From the NCBI GenBank assembly GCA_900088475.1, contig FLMG01002562.1, positions 1 to 64,000 of the forward strand: 64,000 nt of DNA. Reading direction: 5' to 3'. Positions 10,318-22,300 of the stretch are shown here, in pieces (the first letter of the stretch is position 1; every line of letters starts with the position of its first letter). The translations under genes were made by a program, and so were the position numbers. The notes beneath the pieces were generated by a model. That model was not told the DNA's origin. It did no database searches and worked only from the letters and a program-made list of their open reading frames with translations. Source of the stretch: Hyphochytrium catenoides (taxonomy: Eukaryota; Protista; Hyphochytriomycota).

Positions 10318-13300
10318 ATGGCTACGACGGTTTCCAACCCTTCTAGCGGGATGGCAGCGAACTTGCTGTTCCTCGTTCTTGTCCTTCTCTTGTCAAATGG
10401 TTTGCTAATCCCAGCCATAGGTAAGCACCTTAGCTCCTTCACTTCGGTCCTGCGCTAGTTGGACTACAGGTGTCAATTCCTTACGTCAAACCTTTTCTTA
10501 GCAGGTGTAACCGCGGAGGTCACTCTTCAAGTACCGGAGACTCAGTGGCGGTCCTATATCACTGGCTCCCCTGCAGTCTCAGTTTCTCCTTCCTTGAACG
10601 TGACCGCAGCACAAGGGACGACACTTTTTGGGGCCGTAGTCTTCATAGAGTCCTCAGATGGGACAGAGAAGCCTGCTGGGGAGCTGCTGGAGCTCCTCCT
10701 CCCTCAATCCAGCGCCATGAGCGCCATTTTCTATACCTCAAACTCTTCCCTCGTCATTAGTGGTCAGGAGAGCACGGAAGTCTACAAGAAATATCTGAGG
10801 AACGTGACTTACTACTGCGCGGCCCGTGTAGAGCAGAGCCCACTTCTGCGCCGTGACATCGTCTTCCGTCTCTGGCAATCACCGTCCACAGCTAAGCGAA
10901 GTATAGCGCTGTATGGTTCCGGTAAAGCGCTTTCTCGCAAACTCTGCCTCCCTTAACCTTTCACAAGTTCTGGACAGCTGCCCCTTGTTGTTCTGACTTT
11001 CCCATTCTTTGCCTTGATTATCGAGGGAATGCGTTAGTGCTGAGTGTCTGACTCTTTCTTTCTTCACCGACATTGTCCAGGGAATGCTCTACTGCTGAGT
11101 AATCAGACAGTGTCTTCGGGGTCGTCCTTGACCTACACTGAGAATGAACCACCTCTCATGCCGTGGAGCTCGCTGGAACTTTCAAGTTATGCCGCCGAGA
11201 CAATTAGAGAGATTACCGTGCAGATTATGTCCAGTTGTGTCCAAGAGGCAGACGGCCTTCAACTTACCTCTGACTTTATGGGTAGCGCACGGTGGGAGAT
11301 TTCCAACTGCTCGCTCTCCATTACTCCGACAGCCTCTGCTCCCGGGGCACTCAGCTCTAGCAATGCACAGTCAACTCTGCGAGGACTGGTCTTTGTAAGC
11401 TTCCGTCCTGCTGCAACTTTCTCTTTGCTCAGCCGGAAACTCCGCCTCGTCATCTCGTATCAAGGTGTAAATGGCGTCGACCGTTTGAAAGAGGAGAGGC
11501 AGCTCGACTTTTTCCTAGTGCGAGGTAAGCCAATGGTCTTCCCGGCTGAGGAAGGAGTGTTGACCAAGAGTCCGTTCTCTCTCAATCCCCTGTCTCTCCT
11601 AACTTCCCGACCTGACGTTGCCTGTCCCCTCCACTGCAGCGACTGTGGTTGGTCTGAAATTTCTTACCCCAATGGCATCATCAACGTTTCGGGTCGGCCA
11701 ACCTTTCAACCTCACCCTCGCAGCGGTGGATCTTAAAGAGCAAGTCGTGAAGAGCTTCACTGAAGAAAGAGAAACGACTATTACGGGGGTTCTTGGGAAT
11801 GTCTCTCTACTTCGGACCATCGTCCCTGGACCCATAATTCGCTTTCCGTTTTCCGAAGGGTTAATGCATATTCCTGACATGTTCTTTAGCAGTGATGGAG
11901 ATAATGTTTCAGTGCGGGCAAGCTCTGCCGGCTTGAATCTGTCTACTTCACTTATTATACAGAAAGTGGAACGGGTTTCCCTGCAGTCTATAGACGCAGC
12001 GGTTAAATTTCCTTTTTGGGGGGCAGCGAGTCCAGCTAGGATCAACTTCACCTTTCCTGGTCATCTCTCAGACAACATTGTGCTGCAAGTTCGCTTGCCA
12101 GGCGTACTTTTCTCTGGAGAAGTCTCATTGACAGGTTTTCCCCAGGCCTCATACCTGCAGAATGCGACTGCCGCCAGTGATGAGCGTGTTTTACTAGCTA
12201 CCGCTAGCTCCGGCTTCGCATATTCCGCCCAAACTCTGAGTATACTGATTGAAACATTGCACCTTGGTACTCCAGTCGGAGGCAACGGTCACTATGAGGG
12301 AACTCTTGCATTGTTCTCGAGTGATCGGAGACCTGTCGCTGACGGTACCTTCGCGATAGAGACGTCCAGTCTCTCCATTTCACTTATCTATCGCAGCCAG
12401 GATAACAGTAAGCCTTTAGCTACCACAGGTGGTGAGAGCGTCATCCTGTTGCCCTCGCCACTACTCACTAAAGATGGCTACGGGGACATGATACATTATA
12501 TGGTACGCTACGGGCCCAGCACCCAAGCAGTTGGCAACATATCCAGCCTTTGGCCCTTCCAAGCTAGAGACTGCTTGGTAGCTGAAGGGACCGGTCTCTT
12601 TTGTACCACGGCGCCAGGAGTAGGTTCCTCCTTATATTGGACGCTTACCATTGACGGCTCCAATGCGTGGACGGAGCCCTTCCAAGCTTTACAGTACGCG
12701 GCCCCGGTCCTCGACGCATTGCACTTTCCTGACCCCGAGAGAAGCCACTTTGCCCTGAGTCCCATGGGTGGAGAGATTGTCAATCTTCGAGGAAGCGGCT
12801 TTGGGCCACGTGAGTACACGGGCGTTAGCAGTACCAGGGTGGGAGCTTTCTACTCAGAGGATGGCAGTCTTAGCGGCTTGAACGATGTCCCGATTTACTA
12901 CGCGGACTGCACTGTGCAATCTGATGTAGAGATGCAGTGCATAACAGCGCCAGGAGTGGGGACCAACTTATCGTGGATTGTAGCTGTGGGTGGGCAGAAC
13001 AGCTCTGTAGTGAGAAATGCTGCCGGCTATGCCAAGCCAGTTATCTGGAGCATCATTCCCTATCTTTTAAAGACCGAAGGTGGAGATGAGGTTATTATCA
13101 TAGGGGACAACTTCGGGCCAACTAATACTTCCAACGTCATCACGGCTGCGTACTATAACCTAGATATCTCCATCATGTACCCGGCTGGCCACACCTATGT
13201 CCTCGGACCAGTAACAGGCTGTGAAGACACAGCCTCTTGCGACCGTGACCGGTGTCGAGTGGTGATCCCGAACACGCACGTACTCTGCAGGTCAGCGCCT

Positions 13301-16300
13301 GGGGTTGGTTTGAACCAGACGTGGCGGCTGACGGTCGGCAACCAAAATTCATTCAACCACAGCAACCTCGTCAATACTTCGTACCTTCAGCCTGTCATCA
13401 CCGGTATTTCCCCGGACCCGCAAGGCTCGTTGCCTCCTCCACGGGCTCTTAAGACCACAGGGGGAGATCTCGTGTATCTTCATATGGATAACCTAGGCAA
13501 CCCAGGAGCGCTCAGTATGCCGTACGGCCTCACAGGCGAGATGAGCACCGTCAATCCTAGGAATGGCGAGACTGTACGAGTATCCCTGTCTGGGGCATGC
13601 AATGTCTCAGTTCCTTACGAACGCGTGGTCTGCAGAGTTCCACCCGGAGTGGGCATGAATCAAGTGTGGAAGATAGGGCTTATTGGCGGGCATGCCACAC
13701 CGGACTGGTCCACGGCTAACACGTCCTATCAGCCACCAGTCATCAGCAGCATTACGGCCTCAGCGAACCCTTTGTCTTCATTTGGCGGCGACAATGTCAC
13801 TGTGAATGGATACGGCTTTGGCCCTACTGACCAACAGAGCTCTGTAGCTCTATTTTGCAGTCCAGCGCAAGGACACGGTCCAGCAGAGGCCATCTTCACT
13901 TCGCCCTGTACTGTCATCAATAGCGACAAGACGCTGCTGTGCAAAGCTGCGGGCGGTCTGGGTCACCAGCTAAGGTGCCGGGTGGACGTCGGTGGACAGA
14001 CGTCAAACATGATTGACACCTCTCTCTCTTACTGCGACCCCGAGATCACGGGGCTCTCAACCACCCTACTGGAAACCAAGGGCGGATCTATTACGGTGTA
14101 TGGGAAACACTTTGGTTCGCATCCGGAACTCCTGAACTTTACATTCAGAAACCCTTTAGGTGCAAACCTGAGCGGGCGACTCTATCAACTACATTGCACT
14201 GGAACAGACGGCGTCTCCACCGCATCAATTGCTGAATGTTTTTATGGCCCTGGAGTGGGCATAGGTCACATATGGAGCTCTACCGTAGGCAATATCATCT
14301 CGACGTTCACATCTCTAATCTCTTCCTTCAAGCGTCCAGAAATTTTAGCGCTGCGAGAAGCAGGAGGAGGTATGTATTTTGACCCCATGGGGGGAACGGT
14401 CGATGTTGTTCTTGTGGACGGTGGGCCTCCCATCCAGGATAACGTTATTTTTCTGGAGTATGGCCGCCAGGACCTTACTGGACTGGCTCGCGGCCCTTTC
14501 ACTGTCTCCTCGTGCTGGTTTATCCCTGAGGCTATTCGTTGCAGTTATCCTGCAGGCGTGGGGTCTGGTCACACCTGGAGAGTTAATGTTGGGGGACAAT
14601 GGAGTACAAGCACAAATACCATCTCTACCAGCTACTACAGTCCTCTGGTAAACAACATACTCAACAGCACAATGAGCCCTCAAGGAGGATCAGAGGTGAT
14701 GCTGGAAGGTTACTATTTTGGCCCTGTTCAGAGCGATAACACGGTTTCTGCATATCTCATCAACAGCTTCGGCCAGCAGTACACAGCCACAAATTGTAGA
14801 GTCACCAGCCAAGACAACTACAACCACGGCATCATTTCTTGTAGAGCCCCCGCGGGTATCGGGACATTTTGCTACTGGTACGTCATGGTAGGCGGTCAGC
14901 TTAGTTGGAGTTCGGTATGGAATAAATACGCGGCACCACGCATCACGTCGATACAACCCAAATCGGGCCTTTCCGCGGAGGGTGCGAGAATCACCATCAG
15001 GGGTGAAGCCTTTGGTCTCCGTTCCATTATAGCACAAGCTACAGCCTCCCAGCCAACGTCTGGCTTGGCTGCCACTCTGGGAAACCGCTACCGCAGCAAC
15101 AAGACTGAGCTGCATATTACCATGTACAATTGCAACGTCACCGTAGACGATGTTGAGGCTGTTTGCGAGGTGAAAGGCGTTGGAAGGAATGTACCACTTG
15201 TTCTCTCCTTAGCAGACAATGATGACGATAGTCAAGGCGGTTTAGTCAGCTTCATTTCTCCAACCTTCGCTTCCTGGTCCTATTCTGGAGCGTTCCCTAC
15301 AAGTGGCCTTCGAGGCGCTTTTATTGTCACAGGAACGGGTTTTGGTAGCTCTTTTGATGGATCCTTCGATGCGCTTCTCCTGTACTATAAAACAAATACA
15401 CCGCTCTATTACACTTCCACGTGCGACATCTTGTCCTCGACGAAGCTCAGCTGCTCTGCTTCGGAAGGTTATGGTGTCGATTTGGAGTGGCATGTCTTTC
15501 TCAACGGCGAAGAAGTGGTGAAAGGCTCTCTGTGTCCTGTCCCTTGCACTGTCTCTTATAGGCTCCCTTCCGCCATTACTACCAGCCACTCCTCCGCAGG
15601 TAGTATACCGCGTTTCGCTGCATCGGGCGACGTCGTGTACATATACGGAAACAACCTCCCACCCTCTGGGGTCGTGCCGCTGCAATACAATAACTCTGCT
15701 CACTCCGGCTTGGGAGGGTCACCATTCTTCCCGTGGTGCTATGTTACGAGTTTCACAACTGCCTTGTATTGCAGCATTCCCTCAGGTGTAGGCGTGAATC
15801 AGTCTTGGTACATGGACCATGGCAACCTTCTGATCCCCTTGGGATCACTGGTGACGAGTTATGAAGTGCCACAAATCTACTCCTTCGACTCTCAGATGCA
15901 GCATCAGTTGTCAACTGCAGGTTCGCCACTTACTATTAGCGGTTCCGGTTTCGGGCCACCGGACCCCAATAACACCGTGCAGGGCTTATTCTATAGTAAC
16001 TCTACATCTTTGCCCATAGCGCGGATGGTACGGAATGCAAGTTGCAATGTCCTCTCTTCTTGGGTGATGGTGTGTCATGCAAGCCCAGGAGTAGGACGAG
16101 ATATGTCGTGGACCGTAAATGTTGGAGGACAATGGTCGCCGCTGTCGCCAATGAACACCTCATACGGACCTCCTCGTATTTTAAGTATTGACGGCGCCAC
16201 CGCCCTTAAAACACAAGGAAATGAAACGGTGACCCTGTACGGCCTTAACTTTGGCCCTGCTGAGCCTGGCAATGTTGTCACTGCCACTTATGTGAACATG

Positions 16301-19300
16301 GCCCTCAACGGCATGGCTGGAAGACTGTACAGTGCTGTGAACTGCACTGTGACGGTAGATCACACAATAATGCTTTGTAGAACTGTCCCAGGGGTTGGGA
16401 CGGGGCAACGGTGGACTGTCACGGTAGGTGAACAAGCTGGTCCTCAATCAGAAGCATATTCTTCATATGCACCTCCATACATTGAGGCTGTGAGAGCGAC
16501 AGCGGGTTTGGCCACTTTAGGCGGCAGCCGAATAACGATTTATGGGACTAACTTTGGGCCTGTCGAGAGGGAGAACTGGATCACTGCCTGGGTTCGGTCA
16601 CCCTCTAAGACCTTTGGCACTTCCAACTGCTCCCTAATTGTTGCAAGCTCGAGAATAGAGTGTACCACTAATCCTGGGTGCGGAGGTAATCTCACATGGA
16701 CCGTAGTCGTAGGCGGTCAAGAGAGCCCGCCAGCTAGTTCTAACGTAAGTTACGAGAAGCCTTTGCTGACGGCCATTTCTGAAATAAACTACGCAGCCGA
16801 TACGCCTCTCAACGTCTCCCTCACTGGCCAAAATTTCTACTATGACACTTCGGAGGTGTCCGTGCTAGTAGTAGACTCAGCAGGGCTGAGAACGTCTGCC
16901 AAGATTCTCGACACGAGCGATTCGCACATCAGCATAACCTTCCCACCCTCCTCACCTGGTCCTAAAGAGCTTTTCGTACGCGTCAGTAATCAGGAGAGTG
17001 CTCGCCTATCGGTGTCTGTCTATGCGTTAGAGTCGATGATACCGTCGGTGGGTCCGCTTAGGGGTAATACAACCCTTCTTGTCACAGGTAGGGGCTTCAA
17101 TACGTCTGGAATCGTAAGGTTAGATATGGAGCCAGATGGGGCGACAGGCAGTATGTTGACTATGAACGGCAAAGTGGCAAACAGTACGACCTGTGTATTC
17201 TTTACTCCGGTCCTCACCAGTGCGCGATCGTACCGAGTACTCTTCACACTAAACGGCAAGACTCGATCGGTAGCAGGTACATTTCAATTCTACGCCCCTC
17301 CGCAGCTACACTCTGTCTTCCCTGTCAGTGCCTTAGTTGCTGGTGGCAGCTCAATAAAGATTTCCACCGGGAGCCCTCTTCCTGCCACTGGTTACGCATC
17401 CGTAGTATTTGGTGAGTCAACTGCAGAAAGTCGCGCCGCTTGCACAGCACCAAAGCAAGGCAGCAATGAGGTCACCTGCCAGACTACCTCTCGAAACGGT
17501 TGGGCCCATGTACAAGCTTTCCTAACAGTGGACAACCCAGACTTTAATGCTGTGCAGGACTTCGTCCACGCCGACAATGTCACTTTCCGCTTCCTTAACC
17601 CTCCATTGGGAGGAGTACTGAACAGCGGCGGTGACGATGTGGTTAGGCTCAGTCTCATCCTTATCGGTGTTTCCCCTGCTAACTTTAGTCGTTCTGCGGT
17701 TGCGGCACTCATTGAGGTGCTGGTGGATACAATCAATGGTAACGTGCCGGACAGTCATCTTAACCTAACAACCAGCGACATCTTTTTAGAAGGGATTGAT
17801 TCAATCTCGGACAATCAGCTATCAGCCGCGAGGAGGTTGTCCGCCAGCGCCCCTCAGTCTCGAGTACTACTAAGTGTCAATGGCACCAAAACTTCTAAGA
17901 CTGCTCTGCTGGAAAGCATAGAAGCCAGTGCGGCTTCTTACTTAGTCTCTTCTTTGAATATGGCTGGCCTGGCGGTGGAGGGCGTGGAAAACATCCAAAC
18001 ACTTCCCAGCGTCCCTACGATCTCTCCTAGCTGGGGCACAGCTCTGGGGGGAACTAAGCTCGTAATCCGAGGCCCCAACCTGGTGTCCGACGGAACTGTC
18101 AATGTCATTAAAGTTAAGTTTCAGCTTGGTCCAAGCGTTTCTGTGGCCACTGACGGAACCTTTGAACTTCAAGACGGAGAGGTAGTGATCACTTGCACTA
18201 CACCTGACCTAAACGGGCTTGCCATGACAGAGATCACACCCATCTTTGTGGCACTTAATGGACAGGACTACGGAAACTTGGCTGTTCCCTTCGTATTCTT
18301 TACGGTTCAGCGCGTATACCAGCAGCATTATAGCGGCAATGGAAGTGTTATACTGAGTCCTGAGCGTGGCGGTGCTCTCACTTACGTTGAAGGACGCAAC
18401 TTCATTCAGGCGACGTCGCTCACGTCCTGGACGGTGAGAGACTCCAGTACGGGCCTTTTCTTCTTTCCTCGCTATCAGACCTGGGAACTGAACAAAACTC
18501 CTGTCAGTTCACTCTTTGTCAACATCAGTATTTCTTTTATAAACCAAACGACTCTCTCGTTCCGCACGGTGCCAGTTAACAGTCCGCTCGCCGCCGGAAC
18601 GCTCTATGAAAACTACACGATGCTGCTGGCGATAGATGGCAGTGGTAGGCCCTTGTTGCCCAGGGAGCCTGTCGCTTTGATCTATTATGGTATGTCGTAG
18701 GCTCTGGTTTAGTGTTCGCCTGCAGTCTCTCTTCACTGCTTTGTGTTCCTCATATCAATTTCTTTGTGTGAGAGCTAACCCCATGATTCTGTCCCTCGCC
18801 CTTCTGCACTTGATGGATGCTAGCCGCGCCCGTTATTTCCTCAATCTCCCCATTAAGTGGGCCGGTCACGGGAGGAACCTCTGTCACTGTTGCCGGACAA
18901 TTCTTTCGCAGCGGGCGCATGAAGGCGCGGATTGACGGGACAGAGTTTCCCTGTGACATACAGGCAAGCCCAGATTCACCCACCAGTTATCTGGTGTCCT
19001 CTCTCCGTTGCGAAGTGGCAGACTTGAGGTTTCCACTCCGCTTTAATGTGCTGCCGGAGAGATTTTCCTTTGGCATATCAGTGGACAACCTCGACCTGAG
19101 CAGTCAGGAGTTCTATGATAGCGATTCCACATATGTAGTGTACGGTATGTGTCTAGTACTGATGGCATCACATAGTCTGATTAGCTTACTGTTTGTTGCT
19201 TGCTGTTCTCTATTAACTTCGTTACGTATTAGACGTGCCGCAACTTAAGACAGGCTTTCCCTCGCTGGGCCTGATGGCTGGCGGAACTCTATACTCTATA

Positions 19301-22300
19301 TATGGGACCGGACTGCATGTGATCTGGCAGTATGGAAGCAGCCTAGACGTACAATGTAAATTCGGAGCAACTGTGGCGCCTGCTTCGTATCTAGAGACGC
19401 CATTGAAAGGTCAGCAACGCTGGCGTCTTCCTTTTCGTAGTGTGGATTTCCCTCATTGTCATGTCTCATTTGGCCTTGAACTGATGTTAATGTAAAGCGG
19501 TCGTGCTGCTGTACAGCTTTATGGACTTCCAACTGACTCTCTTACCTTGAAGACCAATGGCTCGAGATCCTAAATCCAACTGCCGAAGACCATAGTGACG
19601 TCTTGATTTCGGCTACAGTGGATGCAACCGACTGGGGAGATGCTTGTGAAACAGTGCGGCTCTTGGTGGTAGACCCCCTCCAGTCTTCTTACGTTAGCTA
19701 TTGGCTAGAGACAGATGGATGTGCTCTGGGTATCGGTAGGAGAGATGACCGAAATAGTCGATCGGGCTAAGCATTTCTGACCTGCTATGCTAACCCTTCC
19801 TTCATTTCTGTTTCCATCTAATTCCATGTAGCCATGCTATGGATCCAGGTCCCACTTCTACGAGCAGCTTCCATAACGGAACTGCATCTTATTTCCACTG
19901 ATGATAACACTTTTAAGGTGGTCTCAAGTGCCCTCTGTGGGCCTAAACAGCCTCTTATAGTTCTTTGCTGTCTGTCCTACTTACCCTTTTATTGCCTTCG
20001 TGGACCTCTTTTGAAGGACATCCCGCTTTGTTCTACATCCTTGAATCTACAGGCTTGTTACTTACCACCAACCTGCGTTTACCTCTAGCTCCAAACCGCG
20101 GGCTGGGATATCGCCCTGCCGAGGGCTTCCGCCGTCTTTGATGTTTTTGACACATTTGAGCTCGCTGATGCTTTCCGCTGGGTGTATGCGCCCGCGTACC
20201 TGCTAGCAGACCCGCTAGTATCTAGTGGCATGCTCACTTTCTCTATGACAAGCACGGAGAAGAATTACATCCGTAGCGTTGACAAGCTTCAGGGATCAGT
20301 GCAGATTGAGCTTAGTGTGAAGGCGGAGGTAAGCTGCATATGCATGACCTTGTTCTGTCTTCCATGATATCGCTCAGGCTGCCACATCTCACGCGCGACT
20401 TTCATCTTTTAATACACAGGATGGCTGCCATCAGCCTACTATCTATCTATCTTCTCGAGAAACGGACTTGGCCTCCTCATCTTCCTTTGGGTTTGCTCTT
20501 CAGCATACATGCGGTTCCCTCTGCTTTTTCTCTCGGGGTTTGACTGAGCCTTCCTGCTCAACGTGCACCATCCTAAGCGGCGGTGATTTGCGCATATCCA
20601 TGGTCATCACTAGCGAGAAAGTTACGGCGCATCTTTCCTCATACAATCCTTATTCCATTTGCCAAGAAGACAGTGTCTTTTCTTTCTCTTTACCCTCTTC
20701 TCTTAACCTCACCTCTCAGTACCTATTCATTGGCCATAAACCGGGCACAATTCCATCCAAAGTCAGCCTCAATTGGTTCGGCCTCAGCAGGCATTATAAC
20801 TCTGACTTAAAGGTGAGTGCATAGAGAGAATCGAAACCGCTCAGCGGCTCACCAGTAAATGATATGCAGGTTTCCGTTCTTCCTCGAGAGCCTTCTAGCT
20901 CCATGCTTTTCTGCCCCACGCCGCCACGCCAGAATGACGAGGTCGTAAGCGTGAGTCTCGCAATCAACGGACAGCAGTTTCACATGGTTGCAGGCGGCAG
21001 CTACAGGGGACTCAATCTCTCCCTCTGTCCATCACAACGTGTCTCGACCGCGTACGACATTGGATCCTCCTTTGAACTTGGTAGGTGCTACGGAAGAATT
21101 TTATGATTGGCACATCCTTAATTCCTTTTGCTAGAGCTCTGTGGTGGGAACCTACCGTCGCTTCTGAGTGGCGCTCGCGTATGGCTGGAGGGATCACCTC
21201 GACAGGCAACGGTGCCTGTCACACGTTCCCCTTTACCTGCTAGATCGGTCCATGGCACCTTTCCTTTGCGCTTAAACAAATTGACAGAGCGGGACGAGGA
21301 TGATAGCGCCTCTTTAAAGTTCACCTTTAATAACGGACAAGAGTGGGTCAGTGGGAATCCCCCGGCAGTTGCATTGTACGAGAAGAATGAGCTGTGCGAG
21401 ATGGTGGCCGACCATTTTGACTTCTTGCAAAGGTTAGCGGTTTCTGCTACCTTCGTCCCATAATTTTCTCCGTCCTATAACTTTCTCCGTCCTTGACTGC
21501 TTCGAACCCCCATCTTGTCATCTTTTCGCTTGTGCTGGGTTTACCTTCGTGTGTTTGTCATGTAACCATCCTTTTTGGCAAATTTCCGTTGCTTGTGGCT
21601 GTCCCTCTACACATTCTCGTCCTTTCGTCTTTCTCTCTCTCATCAATGACCGTGTATCTTAGCGGGTTGGGCCCTGATGGTCTGAGAGGCTTCCATGCTG
21701 GACAATGGGTGGGCCCACCCACCAACGGGGAGGTCGCCTCCGCGTGTACGGAGGCCACTCTTGCAAACCTTGAAGGAGGGTTGCATTCCCAAAGTCTGGT
21801 CTTCAGTGGTGTCGGGGAGCGCAAAGTGCAGACAAGATACATCGACACCCGCCTCGCAGCAGCGGGAGGGGGAGGAATTACCTTTTCCTTCCGCTTTGGC
21901 ACGCGCTCTGACACCCTCTTGTGTGGAGAATGGAGCGGGCAGCTCCTTAATCTTGTACACCCTCTCCTTCTTCAGGTGGGTTTGACGAACTGGCTGTAGA
22001 TCGCCACCTAATCGCAATAATAGCATGTACAAGAAGCGCTCTATCTCCCCGCTATCTTAATTCCTTCTAATCACCACGTCTTCTTACTGCAAGCTCTTTC
22101 GGTTTCCTATGCTGACTCGCTTGACAAGTCGTAATTCCGATATTGCTGCTGCGTTCTTACTTACTCATGCACTCGCTTTGTCGATGAAAGGCCTCCATTG
22201 ATGAGGGTCAGTCCTGGATCGTTTTGGATTCCATTCCTCCGACTACCATGAACTTCAGATGGACAGAGAGGAGCGTGGTGCTGAATTTGGGAGCGGCATC

